Shown: piece by piece, positions 9,594-19,638 of the stretch
How positions within the stretch are numbered: the first letter of the stretch is position 1
Layout of the letters: every line of letters begins with the position of its first letter
Virus record (IMG/VR): IMGVR_UViG_3300007512_001412
Coordinates: 1 to 64,000 of that record
DNA: 64,000 bases
Strand: one strand, 5' to 3'
Source of the DNA: a virus
The notes under the pieces: model-generated
Told to the model about the DNA's origin: nothing
Databases searched by the model: none
Seen by the model: the letters and a program-made list of their open reading frames with translations, nothing else
Made by a program: the position numbers and the translations under genes

Positions 9594-12500
9594 ATGGCAA
9601 CCGATGTGATCCTCACCGAAGCGGACGGGCGGAAGTTTCTGACGCGAACGATGGGGCGCAGGATTCACTCCAGCCGCCTCGTCGCAATGGCCGACGAGGT
9701 CGTCGCCTCCCTGCTCATGGACGACATGGTCGCGGAGTTGATGGAGGGGAGCGGTAGCGACCCGGACGAGTGGGAGGGGTGCAACCACCTGATCTTCTGC
9801 GACGTCCTCGCACTCCAGGCGTTCGGCGTCGTGGAGTACGCCATGTACTACGCCCGCGCGTACGGCGCGTACGACGCGATGCGCGAGCTTCGGGAAGCCG
9901 GCGAAGGCGGCATGGCGCTGGCGCTGGAGTTGCAGGCGTGGGGCCTCTACCCGAAGACGGAGTGCATCATCGCGGAAGTCCTGGGCCTCGCCCGGTGCCA
10001 CCGTCCTTCGGTCGGCGCGAGCGGCGGTCCGGGCACCCCCCACGTGTTGGGGTGGGCGGCGGAAGACGCCATGATCCCGGTCGGGACGGACCCCCGCTAC
10101 ACCCCCGTCGTGGAGTACCTGCACCAATCCCTGCGGGACAACGCCCCGCCCCCCGACCCGAAGGGGATGGAGCACGCGGTCCTGTCGTACCCGTACGCGA
10201 AGGTGCGCCCGGTCAATCGGCTGTGGAGCGAAGCCCACTGGCGCGAGGCGATCGATCGCTGCGCGGTGATCAACGCGACGACCACCAGCAAAGCCGACGA
10301 CATGAAGACGATCGGCAACGAATTCAACGACGGGGCGATCAACGTCCTGTTCGCCAACAAGAAGGCGTACGAAGGCGTCGATCTCCAGACCCTCACGTGC
10401 GGACTGCACCACCTCGATCTGCCCTGGGAGCCGGGGACGTACACGCAGCGCAACGGACGCGCGGTGCGCCAGGGGTCGAAGCGCGACGTCGTCCAGATCC
10501 ACGCCTACCTGACGAGCGGGACGGTGGACTACTACCGCTTGGGGCGCATGGAGGGCCGGCGCAACTGGCTGGAATCCGTCATGGACGGCGGGCGCGCGTC
10601 GGCGGCGTCCGGGCTCACCGAAGACGACATGATCTCCATGATCGTCGGCTGCACCCTCCCCGCGCAGCAGAGCGCGGTCCGGGCTCGCCTGGAAGCCCGC
10701 GTGGCGCAGTTGAAGCGACAGCGGGCGCAGCAGAAGGCGGGTCTGATCCAGGCGATCGTCTTCGGGTACATCCAGTTGGGGTCCACGCTGCGCTGCAACT
10801 CCCTCCCCGGAGAGGACGCTTCGCCGTACCTCGTCGGCAAGATCAAGGAGGCGGGGAGGAAGCCCGCCGAGTTGAAGAAGAACGACGTCGCGGCGATCTA
10901 CACGTTCGCGGACGCCTTGATCCGCACGGTCCGCTGCGACGTGGACACGAAGACCGTGGGTCGGTGGACGGCAGACAACCGATCCGTGCAGATCACGAAG
11001 GTCGAGCGCGTCCGGGGCGGGCGGTTCGCGGCGATGGCAAGCAGTCCCGAAGACCCGCCCCTGCTCGACGGGGCGCTCTACCACCACGGCCCCGACCACC
11101 AAGAGTGGTACGGGCGCATGGGGCAGCGCACGGGGCAGGCGGGCGCATGGGACACTCGCGTGGGTCGGCCCATCCTTGTGAAGCAGGACGACGGCACGTA
11201 CGTCCACCTGGGGTGGCGCTGGGAGGGGCGCTGGGAGGAGCGGGCGCTGGTGGAGCAGGTTGACGGCGCGACGGAGATCGAGCCCAACTTCTCCCCCTAC
11301 GCCGACCCCACGGCGGTTCCCCCGACGCTCCACGTGGCCGACTTCGACTCGATCTTCGACCTCATGGAGACATGGGCGCGGATCGGCCCCCAGGCAGCAG
11401 CGGCGAAGGTCAAGGAGTGGTTCGACGTCAGCTACGTGAACCACCGCGCCGTGTTCCCGGGCACGTGGCCCGCCCGGTACGCATGGCTCAACGCCTTCCC
11501 CGACGCCTGGGTCGAGCACCATCGCTGGGATCTGTGGGTGCGGATCGGGGCAGATCCCGACCTCCTCGATTTCGTGTCGGTGCTCCCCTACGTGACCGAC
11601 ACGGACTACCTCCACGACGGGCTCCGAATCATCGACACGGAGGCGTCGATCCCCAACGCCATCCAGCGGAGCATCATCGTGTGGCGCACCCTCGCCACCG
11701 CGTTCTACCGGGTCCGCAAGCTGCGGGGGGCGAAGCAGGGCGGCTTCACCCCGATCCTCAAGGACCCCGACCCCGACACGATCGACTGGAGCCTGTGGCG
11801 CTCCTTGACCATCACGGCAGACGGGGTCACGGTCATGCAGCGGGACGAAGGCTCACCCCCTGTCCCCGTCCTCTACGAACACCCCGGTGACCTCGTCAAG
11901 CTGCATGGCGGATCGTACGGCTCCGGGGCCAGCGAGACGAGGCAGCGGTGGCACAGGGAGATCGTGGTGCAAGTCGAGCCGCCCAAGCCGAAACCGGGCG
12001 AGCGGGCTACCCGACCTCGCGCACGTAAGGTGGATGCGGCGGAGATTCCCAAGCTCCTGTTGCCCTGCGACAGCGACTTCCGCGTGTTCATGCTCGCCCT
12101 CCGGGGCACCGCTGCCAAGCCCTCGACCGCGCCCAAGAAGGCGGCGATCCGGGTGCTCAAGGAGTGGTTCGGGTCCGCGTGGAGTTGGGCGCAGCCCGCG
12201 AGGCTGCTCTCCGGTTCCCACCGGGAGGCGGAGGCGCGCAAGGACAAGGTCAACATCGGCCACTACACGGGCTCCGGGGGGAGCAAGACGCCCATGTGGG
12301 GTGTCGCGCAGATGTACCAACAGGTGCGTTTGCAGGAGCGCGACAAGCGGAGGCCCGCGTGGGGCTTCTCCCACGACGGCTCCATCTACACGATCCGGGG
12401 CACGGCAGGCCCGATCGGGCCGCGCACGCCGCACACGGACTTGCACACCGTGGGAAAGGGCAACGTCGGCTTCGCCGTGACCGACGCCGTCACCGGGGAG

Positions 12501-12668
12501 GACACCGTCGTCGTCCTGTCGCAGACCGGCAAGCTGCCGTTCATCCAAAACCCCGCCCAAGCTGCCGCCGCGCAGCAGCAAGCTGCCGCCGCGCAGGCGC
12601 TCCCCCCGGAGGCGGAGCCCAACGACATGAGCGCGGATCTGGCCCTGGACGACGAGGACGAGAGGTAG
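9594..12668 (+). CDS. Large protein carrying only the helicase-C (RecA2) lobe of a DarB-like SNF2 helicase
   Basis: HLIFCD, FNDGAINVLFAN, EGVDLQ, HHLDLPWEP, TQRNGRAVRQG; no Walker A/B; GGAGG RBS. Confidence 0.85.
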   Translation: MATDVILTEADGRKFLTRTMGRRIHSSRLVAMADEVVASLLMDDMVAELMEGSGSDPDEWEGCNHLIFCDVLALQAFGVVEYAMYYARAYGAYDAMRELREAGEGGMALALELQAWGLYPKTECIIAEVLGLARCHRPSVGASGGPGTPHVLGWAAEDAMIPVGTDPRYTPVVEYLHQSLRDNAPPPDPKGMEHAVLSYPYAKVRPVNRLWSEAHWREAIDRCAVINATTTSKADDMKTIGNEFNDGAINVLFANKKAYEGVDLQTLTCGLHHLDLPWEPGTYTQRNGRAVRQGSKRDVVQIHAYLTSGTVDYYRLGRMEGRRNWLESVMDGGRASAASGLTEDDMISMIVGCTLPAQQSAVRARLEARVAQLKRQRAQQKAGLIQAIVFGYIQLGSTLRCNSLPGEDASPYLVGKIKEAGRKPAELKKNDVAAIYTFADALIRTVRCDVDTKTVGRWTADNRSVQITKVERVRGGRFAAMASSPEDPPLLDGALYHHGPDHQEWYGRMGQRTGQAGAWDTRVGRPILVKQDDGTYVHLGWRWEGRWEERALVEQVDGATEIEPNFSPYADPTAVPPTLHVADFDSIFDLMETWARIGPQAAAAKVKEWFDVSYVNHRAVFPGTWPARYAWLNAFPDAWVEHHRWDLWVRIGADPDLLDFVSVLPYVTDTDYLHDGLRIIDTEASIPNAIQRSIIVWRTLATAFYRVRKLRGAKQGGFTPILKDPDPDTIDWSLWRSLTITADGVTVMQRDEGSPPVPVLYEHPGDLVKLHGGSYGSGASETRQRWHREIVVQVEPPKPKPGERATRPRARKVDAAEIPKLLLPCDSDFRVFMLALRGTAAKPSTAPKKAAIRVLKEWFGSAWSWAQPARLLSGSHREAEARKDKVNIGHYTGSGGSKTPMWGVAQMYQQVRLQERDKRRPAWGFSHDGSIYTIRGTAGPIGPRTPHTDLHTVGKGNVGFAVTDAVTGEDTVVVLSQTGKLPFIQNPAQAAAAQQQAAAAQALPPEAEPNDMSADLALDDEDER

Positions 12669-12672
12669 TCCG

Positions 12673-13296
12673 ATGGCACGCGGGAAGCTCTCCGACGACA
12701 CCCTGGTCTTGGCAGGCGCGGGCCTCCTGGCACTCGTCGTCCTGGCGGGGAGCGGCAAGGCCAAGAAGGGCCGCGCGTGCTCCCCGATCCGGGCTCCCCG
12801 GTCCACGCGCGGGTTCCCGGGTCGGGTGGCGTTCATCCCGGCCCATCAGGACAACTACGGGGGGCAGCGGCCCACCTCCGCGATCAACCGGATCGTGCTC
12901 CACACCACCGAAGGCGACACGGCGCGCGGCACGATCCGCTGGTTCCAGAAGTGTCGGGGGAGTGCGCCCTCGTCGGCGCACTACGTCCTCGACAAGAACG
13001 GCGCGATCACGCAGATGATCCCCGACGACTACGTCGCGTACCACGTGCGGAACGCCAACCGGGACAGCATCGGGATCGAGCACGTGGGCCGCGCCCACCG
13101 GGCCGACACATGGAACCCCCGGAACATGGCGTCGAGCGTGCGGCTGGCCGCGTGGCTGTCCAAGGCGTACAACATCCCGTCGTCCCGCATCGTCACGCAC
13201 GCCTCCCTCGATCCGGCGCGGCGCACCGACCCGGGACCGTACTTCAACGTGGCCGACTACAGGCGGCGCGTCCGGGCACTCACGGGACAGCCGTGA
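12673..13296 (+). CDS. Membrane-anchored N-acetylmuramoyl-L-alanine amidase (AmpD-like)
   Basis: N-terminal TM LVLAGAGLLALVVLAG; IVLHTTEG, SAHYV, AYH, SIGIEH, RTDPG. Confidence 0.9.
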   Translation: MARGKLSDDTLVLAGAGLLALVVLAGSGKAKKGRACSPIRAPRSTRGFPGRVAFIPAHQDNYGGQRPTSAINRIVLHTTEGDTARGTIRWFQKCRGSAPSSAHYVLDKNGAITQMIPDDYVAYHVRNANRDSIGIEHVGRAHRADTWNPRNMASSVRLAAWLSKAYNIPSSRIVTHASLDPARRTDPGPYFNVADYRRRVRALTGQP

Positions 13297-13988
13297 GCAG
13301 GAAGCCCCCGGAGCAACCCACGTGGGCGTCGGCGCACCCGTGGCTCCAGGCGGGGGCCAACGGGCTCCTGTTCGCGGTCGCGGCGTTCACGGTCCCGTTC
13401 CTGCTGCGGAAGCAACTCGCCAACGACCCCACCGGGAACAAGGGCGACCCGCTGGCCCCGGCGAAGCAGTCCCCCGACCCGAAGGCGTACGTGCCGCCCC
13501 ATGAGGCGAAGATCACCCCCGCGACTACGCGGACGGTGTGGGTGCGTCGCCTCGCTGCCGCCGATCCTCACGCGGGCGCGCGCGGGGTAGCCATCCTCCA
13601 AGCGCACACGCTGGTCGTCGGCGGGGTCCGGGTGACGGATCGAACGCGCGTCGAAACGATCCCGGTGACGTCGAACAACCTGCTCCACCGGGACGCGAGC
13701 CGCACCTACGGGGGCCACTGGACGGTGGTCGCAGCGGAGGAGTGGAAGTGGCCGCGCCCGGTGTACCGCTGGCGTCCGATCCGGGCCTACGCCTCGCTCG
13801 ATGAAGCGGCTGCGGATTGGCTCTCCGACCTCCCGCCCGAAGCCCGCGAGGGGCTGCGCGTCGGGGACCCGGTCATGTACTGGCGGGCAGTCGGATCGGG
13901 TCCGTACGAAGCGGAGTTGGTCGCGCTGTACAAGGTGCAGATGCAGCCCGCGCTCGTCATGCCCTCACGGGTGGGCCTCCGCCACTAG
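13293..13988 (+). CDS. Membrane protein with degenerate glucosaminidase/FlgJ-like domain
   Basis: GTGA overlap; N-terminal TM; NNLL and RAYASLDEAAADW resemble the GH73 NNLFG and FRxY motifs. Confidence 0.5.
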   Translation: MSRKPPEQPTWASAHPWLQAGANGLLFAVAAFTVPFLLRKQLANDPTGNKGDPLAPAKQSPDPKAYVPPHEAKITPATTRTVWVRRLAAADPHAGARGVAILQAHTLVVGGVRVTDRTRVETIPVTSNNLLHRDASRTYGGHWTVVAAEEWKWPRPVYRWRPIRAYASLDEAAADWLSDLPPEAREGLRVGDPVMYWRAVGSGPYEAELVALYKVQMQPALVMPSRVGLRH

Positions 13989-14395
13989 GTCGGGGCGCGG
14001 ACCATGTTCCCGTACGCGACGTACGGGGTGGCGACGACTGTCTCCGGGCCGACGACGTCTGTCTCCAGCGTCATCCACGCGCCGTCGAAGATATCGATCG
14101 CCTGATCCCCCAGCATGTTCGTCAGGGACGTCTCGCTGGTCATGTTGAACGACGCCTTGTAGACGGTGGCCCCGCCCGCCGCTACCGGGTAGACCCGCGC
14201 GATGACCGTCTGCGCGGTGCCGTCCGTCACCAGCCGCACGCCCCGGAAGAACGCGGTCAGGAAGTTGGCGTCGGACGACGGGGTGTTGGGGTCCGCAGCC
14301 TGGATCTGCTGCCGCGCCGACTCCCCCCCGCCGGCTGCGAGGCCGGCGAAGGTGAGGTCGGGGCTCTGCGAGGCTTGGGTGAACGTCAGAGTCAC
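13985..14395 (-). CDS. Beta-rich protein, possible single jelly-roll virion protein
   Basis: AAGGAG then GTG at 14395; alternating hydrophobic strands. Confidence 0.55.
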   Translation of the reverse strand: MTLTFTQASQSPDLTFAGLAAGGGESARQQIQAADPNTPSSDANFLTAFFRGVRLVTDGTAQTVIARVYPVAAGGATVYKASFNMTSETSLTNMLGDQAIDIFDGAWMTLETDVVGPETVVATPYVAYGNMVRAPT

Positions 14396-14443
14396 GGGCG
14401 GAGTGTACTCCTTGGGGGCCGTGAGGAAAATGCAGATTGCGTG

Positions 14444-14473
14444 TTGACAAACCGCAAGGCCCGCCCGTAGGCT
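14444..14473 (+). promoter_or_regulatory. Sigma70-like promoter with TTG-N8-CAAG box
   Basis: TTGACAAACCGCAAG ... TAGGCT (N18). Confidence 0.7.
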
Positions 14474-14504
14474 CGCCGTGCTGACAGAGGAACGGACGGA
14501 GAGA

Positions 14505-15485
14505 ATGGCGCAACGTCGAACCGGGCCAGAGCCCTGCATCGTGGTCGTATACGGCGAGTCGAAGGTCGGGAAGACCGTGGATCTGCTGTACTCCGTCCCC
14601 AACGGGATCATCTTCACGCCCGCCCCGCGAGGGCTGGAAGCGTGGCGTCGGCTGACCCAGGTCAAGCCCAACGAGCGGCGCATCAACCGGGTGAGCGAGG
14701 CAATCGCCATCATCAAGAAGGAGAAGCCCCCTGCGGTGGGCTTCGATGACTTCTCCATCGCGCTCCAGCGGGAGCAGTTTGCCCTGGAGGCGAAGGGGCT
14801 GACCGGCTGGAAGCTGTGGGGCGCGATCAAGGGGATCGTCAACGCGCTGCGGGAAACGATCCTCGACCTGGGCGCGGTCTGCATCCTCAACCTGCATGAG
14901 AACCACCCGCGCTACGAAGGCGAGGGGCTGTTCAAGACGCGCGTGTCGCGGGGCGGTCCACTCATGCCGACCAAGGCGCTGTCGGCGTGGATCCCGCACG
15001 TGAGCCCCCTCGTCGTCCGGGCCATCAACAAGCCCCCCGGCGTGGCTGACTGGCCCGGGATGTACTCCTGCGACCCCTCCGACGCGGACTGGATCACGGG
15101 GGATCGGTGGTGCTCCACGCCGCCGTCGTCCCCGCTGAACATCCGTGAAGTCCTGCTCCGCGCGCGCGGCGTGGACCCGACCGTGGTGGTGCCCCCCCGC
15201 GCGCCGGGGCTCGCCGTCCTCGACAAGATGGCAGAGGGTGTCTGCAAGGGTCGCCTGACCGGCGCGTTCGCCACGGACGAGGCCGCTGCGGCGGGCCTCA
15301 CCAGCATGTTCCCGAAGCAGAAGCCCTCCGTCCTGCGATGGGCTTGGCGGGACGGCTGCGCCCGCGCCGCGCTGGAGCGCAGCGCCGATCACCTGTTCGC
15401 CATGTTCACCCACACACCCGACGCGGCCCCGGGCTCCGCGTGGGGAAGTAGTAGTGCTCGCCCGAACCAGACCCCCGCCGCGTGA
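14505..15485 (+). CDS. Sak4-like (AAA_24) P-loop ATPase / annealase
   Basis: VVYGESKVGKT, VGFDDFS, LNLHE; adjacent to an SSB-like gene. Confidence 0.7.
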   Translation: MAQRRTGPEPCIVVVYGESKVGKTVDLLYSVPNGIIFTPAPRGLEAWRRLTQVKPNERRINRVSEAIAIIKKEKPPAVGFDDFSIALQREQFALEAKGLTGWKLWGAIKGIVNALRETILDLGAVCILNLHENHPRYEGEGLFKTRVSRGGPLMPTKALSAWIPHVSPLVVRAINKPPGVADWPGMYSCDPSDADWITGDRWCSTPPSSPLNIREVLLRARGVDPTVVVPPRAPGLAVLDKMAEGVCKGRLTGAFATDEAAAAGLTSMFPKQKPSVLRWAWRDGCARAALERSADHLFAMFTHTPDAAPGSAWGSSSARPNQTPAA

Positions 15486-15518
15486 GCGCGGCACGTTCCC
15501 TGATGGAGAAAATTCGCT

Positions 15519-16118
15519 ATGGCTGAGAACAACCCCTACGTCGTGGACCTCTCCGACGCTTCGACCGACGTCGGTGGCGGCGGTCCCCCCGTCAACGAGG
15601 CGTTCAACCTGATCATCGGCACCCCCGTCGAGATCAAGCAGAACGCCAACGGCACGCCCCGCGTCGTCGTCCCCGTGCAGGTCAGCGACGGCCCGCACAA
15701 GGGCAAGGGCTTCCGCGCGCGCTTCAACTGGCCGACCGGCGACCCGAACAAGGACGGCTTCAAGAAGATGATGATGCTCCGTCTGCTCCAGGGCATCGGC
15801 GCTCCGCAGGACGTGATCAAGGCGGCGGATATCCGCACCATGCCGACGATGCTCCCCGGCAAGACCCTGGTGGGCTTCGTCAAGGACGACGGCGAGTACA
15901 TCAACGACAAGGGGCAGACCCGGCAGGGCCGCGACCTCGTCCCGTGCCTCCCCAACGAGGCGGCGGCGGCGCTCAAGGGCGAGTGGAACCCCTACGGCGG
16001 CTTCACGGAGGCGGGCGCGACCCCGACGACCACGCCGTCCAACGGGACGACCACGCCGACCCCCCAGGTCCCGTCGCAGAGCGGCTTCGACGGCCTGTTC
16101 GACGGCATCCCCGGCTAG
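15519..16118 (+). CDS. ssDNA-binding-like protein (DUF669-like)
   Basis: OB-like strands, flexible tail ending GFDGLFDGIPG; lies between Sak4-like and polymerase genes. Confidence 0.55.
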   Translation: MAENNPYVVDLSDASTDVGGGGPPVNEAFNLIIGTPVEIKQNANGTPRVVVPVQVSDGPHKGKGFRARFNWPTGDPNKDGFKKMMMLRLLQGIGAPQDVIKAADIRTMPTMLPGKTLVGFVKDDGEYINDKGQTRQGRDLVPCLPNEAAAALKGEWNPYGGFTEAGATPTTTPSNGTTTPTPQVPSQSGFDGLFDGIPG

Positions 16119-16238
16119 CCAACGCCGGTCCCTCTCGCGCGGACACGTCCTTTCCCGCGCGAGCCAGTGAAGGCTCCCCCCGCGTTCTCACCCCCCCCGA
16201 CTCGCGGGGGGTGCCTTCCGGCTGGCACTGACGCTCCC

Positions 16239-18974
16239 ATGACGTACGACCCGCGCCGCGACGGAGCCGACTGCGACCACTGTCCGATGCGACGGTGGCG
16301 CGGATCGGAGTGGACGCCTGTCCCTGCTGTAGAGGCGTCCGGTCGGCCTGACGGCATCCTCCTGGGAGAAGCCCCCGGCAAGCGCGAGGTCGAGAAGGGA
16401 GCCCCCTTCGTCGGCCCCTCCGGGGCGGAGTTGAACCTCGCCCTCAAGGCCGCGAGGATGAACCGCAAGCGGTACGACGTGGACAACGTCATCGCCTGCC
16501 GCGCCTTGCTGAACCGCCACGGCAAGGACGACTACCGACTGATCGAGATTCGGCTCAAGAAGGACAAGGCGGCGGGCAAGTCCCCCGACCATGAGAAGCA
16601 CCCGTCCGTCCACTGTCGCCCCCGGCTGGATCGCTGGCTCAAGCGGTCGGACAACGTCATCGCGATGGGCGCGACGGCGGCGAACGCCGTCCTGGGGGGC
16701 GCGCACAGCATCCTCTCGATCCGGGGAGGCCCCGCGTACAAGGGAACCGCCCGGGTCCTCCCGACCGTGCATCCCGCGTTCGTCGCCCGTGCCCGCCGCT
16801 GGCAGTTGGTCTACAAGGCGGATCTGAGGCGCGCGGAGCGGTTCTTCGCGGACCGGCTGGAGTGGTCGGACGCCCCGATCCTGTACGTCCCGACCCCGGC
16901 GAAGCTGCAAGCGTTCCTCGACGTCCCCGCGCCCCTGTGGACGTACGACGTCGAGACACCGATGGTCCCCGGCCCGCTGCACGCCCGGATCAACTGCGTG
17001 GCGATCGGGCGCAAGATCACCGACGACGAGTTGGCCGAGTGGATCCCCGGCCCCGACGACAACCCCGCGTTCCCCCCGGGGGAGATCGTGGTGGTGGTGC
17101 CCTTCCGATCCATCGAAACCGGGGAGCCCGTCTACAGCCCCGCCGACCAACGGGACGTGCGTCTGATGATCGCGTCGGCGTTCACGGACGGGCGGCTGTG
17201 GTGCGGGCACAACGCCGGCTGGTACGACCGGCTGGTGGTCGAGGAAGACCTGGGCGTGACCCCGGCTCCGCTGATGGACACGATCATGCTGTTCCGCCTC
17301 GCACACAGCGAGTTGCCGAAGTCCCTGGGCGTCGTCGGCACCATCTACACCGACGTCACCGCGTGGAAGATGGACAACGAGGGGAACAAGCTGGCGACGG
17401 ACGCGCGCAGCGACGACGAGTTGTGGGCCTACAACGCGAAGGATGTGATGGTCACGGCACGTATCGTGCCGCCGATTGTGCAGCAAGTACGACGTCGGCA
17501 GCAGGACCAGCCGTGCCCCGCGCGTCCGTCGCTGACGCTCCCGCAAGCCGACCACAAGATCCAGTCCTTCTGCGCGGGCCTGGGCCGCGTGGGGCTGCGG
17601 ATCGACCCCGACGCGCAGTACGTCATGGAGAAGGATCTGTCCGCGAAGGTGGCCGACGCCCGCGCCGCCATCGCAGCCACGCTCCCCTCACGGATCAACG
17701 CGATCAACCCCGCGTCCTACCCGCAGGTTCGCAAGGTGCTGTACGGTTCGCACGGCTTCCGTCTGGAGCCGAAGTCGTACACCGACACGGGCGAACCTTC
17801 GACGGGCGACGGTTCGATCCGCGAGCACCTCATGGACTCGCGGACTCCAGGCGATGCCGCCCGCTTCCTGTGGGCGCTCCGCAACTTCCGGTCGCTGCAC
17901 AAGCGGCTGACCTCGTTCGTCATCCCGCTGCGCCGCCGCTCCGTGGACCCGGAGAAGGGCTGCGTGGACGACGACGGACGCCTCCGGGTGTCGTGGTCGG
18001 CGCATGGGACGACGTCCGGGCGGCTGTCCTCGTCGCAGCCGATGAACGTCCAGAATTGGGAGAAGATCCTCCGCACCCTCGTCATCCCCTCTCCGGGCAA
18101 CGTCCTGATCGGCGCGGACTACGACCAACTGGAGGGTCGCCTGGGAGCCGCCACGGCGGGGATCAAGCACTACCTGCGCGCGTACGACGCGGGCCTGGAC
18201 GCACACCAGACGACGATGCACCTGACGGGCGGTGACATGATCTGGAGGATGCCGGGAGCGCCCCCTCACCCGGATCTGTACTTCCGCAAGGAGTGGCCCG
18301 CCGACCCGCAGGGGCGTTGGCCGGCAGGCGGGATCGGGGGCCGCTTTGACGAGTACAGGTCGCTGAACAAGAACTGGTACTACGGGCGGCAGTACGGCGC
18401 GGGGCACGAAACGGTCTGGAAGCTGCTCCGCGAAGTCGAGGCCGACTGCCCGCTGTGCAAGGGCGCGGGGTGCGGCACGTGCGTGTCGGGGACGGTGTTC
18501 ACGAACCGCGACCTCACCCTGCGCGAAGTCGAGGAAATGGGGGAGCGGTTCAGCGAGGCGTGCCCCGAAATGGCGCTGTGGTGGGAGAGGGAAACCGACT
18601 TCTTCCAAGAGCACGGGTTCAACTACGAACCGCTGATGGGCCGACGCCGCTTCTTTGAGGATGGGCTCGACAAGGACGGCGGCTTCTGCGACGTCATCAA
18701 CTTCAAGATCCAGCCCGCCGCCGCAGCCCTGATGAATTTCGCGTGCATCGACTTGGTGGACGCGGGGGTCGGCTGCGAGTTTGAAGGGCCGGGGACCGGC
18801 CCGATCCAACAGGGCCATGACTCCCTGCTGGTCGAGGCCCCGGAGCACCGCGCCGAAGAAGTGCGCCGCCTCGTTGAAGACTGCATGACGCAGACCCATC
18901 CCGCCTTCTACGGGTCCATGCGGTTCACCGCTACGGCCCGGATCACGCGCAACAACTGGAAGGAAGTCGCCTGA
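16239..18974 (+). CDS. Family A DNA polymerase with N-terminal family-4 uracil-DNA glycosylase and 3'-5' exonuclease domains
   Basis: UDG: CDHC, GEAPG, PFVGPSG, HPA; Exo: YDVET, HNAGWYD, YNAKD; Pol: TSGRLSS, ADYDQLE, KNWYYGRQYG, HDSL. Confidence 0.95.
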   Translation: MTYDPRRDGADCDHCPMRRWRGSEWTPVPAVEASGRPDGILLGEAPGKREVEKGAPFVGPSGAELNLALKAARMNRKRYDVDNVIACRALLNRHGKDDYRLIEIRLKKDKAAGKSPDHEKHPSVHCRPRLDRWLKRSDNVIAMGATAANAVLGGAHSILSIRGGPAYKGTARVLPTVHPAFVARARRWQLVYKADLRRAERFFADRLEWSDAPILYVPTPAKLQAFLDVPAPLWTYDVETPMVPGPLHARINCVAIGRKITDDELAEWIPGPDDNPAFPPGEIVVVVPFRSIETGEPVYSPADQRDVRLMIASAFTDGRLWCGHNAGWYDRLVVEEDLGVTPAPLMDTIMLFRLAHSELPKSLGVVGTIYTDVTAWKMDNEGNKLATDARSDDELWAYNAKDVMVTARIVPPIVQQVRRRQQDQPCPARPSLTLPQADHKIQSFCAGLGRVGLRIDPDAQYVMEKDLSAKVADARAAIAATLPSRINAINPASYPQVRKVLYGSHGFRLEPKSYTDTGEPSTGDGSIREHLMDSRTPGDAARFLWALRNFRSLHKRLTSFVIPLRRRSVDPEKGCVDDDGRLRVSWSAHGTTSGRLSSSQPMNVQNWEKILRTLVIPSPGNVLIGADYDQLEGRLGAATAGIKHYLRAYDAGLDAHQTTMHLTGGDMIWRMPGAPPHPDLYFRKEWPADPQGRWPAGGIGGRFDEYRSLNKNWYYGRQYGAGHETVWKLLREVEADCPLCKGAGCGTCVSGTVFTNRDLTLREVEEMGERFSEACPEMALWWERETDFFQEHGFNYEPLMGRRRFFEDGLDKDGGFCDVINFKIQPAAAALMNFACIDLVDAGVGCEFEGPGTGPIQQGHDSLLVEAPEHRAEEVRRLVEDCMTQTHPAFYGSMRFTATARITRNNWKEVA

Positions 18975-19312
18975 TGCCCGTCACCGTCACCGCCACCGAA
19001 GTCCTCGCCCTCAAGGGGGTCGCCGCGCGCAACGCGGTCTACCAGATGACCGATCCCGACGAGGTCCGCACCCTGCTGGATCGGGACAAGCGCAAGCTGA
19101 TCACAACGGCGGCGACCTCCCGGCTCGCCAAGCTGAACCGGCTCGCCGCCACGTTGGAGAAGGGCTGGCCCTGCTCCCGCTGTGGCACCGTGGGCGTCCA
19201 CGGGATGCGGAAGTGCAAGCGGACCCGCGTGGACGGGTCCTTCAAGGTGTGGGTGCGCCGACAGCCTCGCTGCGGTCCCTGCCGCAACATCAAGAAGGAG
19301 AAGACCCGATGA
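18974..19312 (+). CDS. Basic Zn-finger protein
   Basis: CSRC...QPRCGPC; similar in layout to the C-terminal finger of 3395..4234. Confidence 0.6.
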   Translation: MPVTVTATEVLALKGVAARNAVYQMTDPDEVRTLLDRDKRKLITTAATSRLAKLNRLAATLEKGWPCSRCGTVGVHGMRKCKRTRVDGSFKVWVRRQPRCGPCRNIKKEKTR

Positions 19313-19440
19313 AGAAGCCCGCCTCCAAGAAGTCCAAGCCCACCCTGCGCCGGGGGGCACCGCCCGCGCCGACCACAGTCGAGTTCCACCGAATCAGCGT
19401 CTCAGTTGGCGATGTTCGGAGCCCCGGAAGAGCGGGCTGA
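19309..19440 (+). CDS. Small basic hypothetical protein
   Basis: AAGGAG RBS, ATGA overlap, MKKPASKKSK. Confidence 0.4.
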   Translation: MKKPASKKSKPTLRRGAPPAPTTVEFHRISVSVGDVRSPGRAG

Positions 19441-19602
19441 GTCACCGTCGTACTTGTCAGACCAGATCCTGACCTACATCGGGAACAAGAGGTCACTACT
19501 CGACTCGTGCGCTCCATGTGCCGCCCGCTCGCCACGCTGATCCTGCGGAAGTAGCGCGATGCGGGGGGGCCGCTGCACGCGGGCGGGGGGGCGGCCGCTG
19601 CA

Positions 19603-19618
19603 CTTGACATTCAGCAAG
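19603..19618 (+). promoter_or_regulatory. CTTG-N8-CAAG box containing -35 TTGACA
   Basis: CTTGACATTCAGCAAG upstream of the HTH gene. Confidence 0.6.
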
Positions 19619-19638
19619 CTGCCTGGAAGGGTGTGTCC

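Noticed and set aside
9594-9700. Split intein or trans-splicing joining the helicase halves
   Set aside because: No intein-like Cys/Ser block at the end of helicase-N, no HN-C/S/T junction near the start of helicase-C, and no recognisable group I/II intron features.
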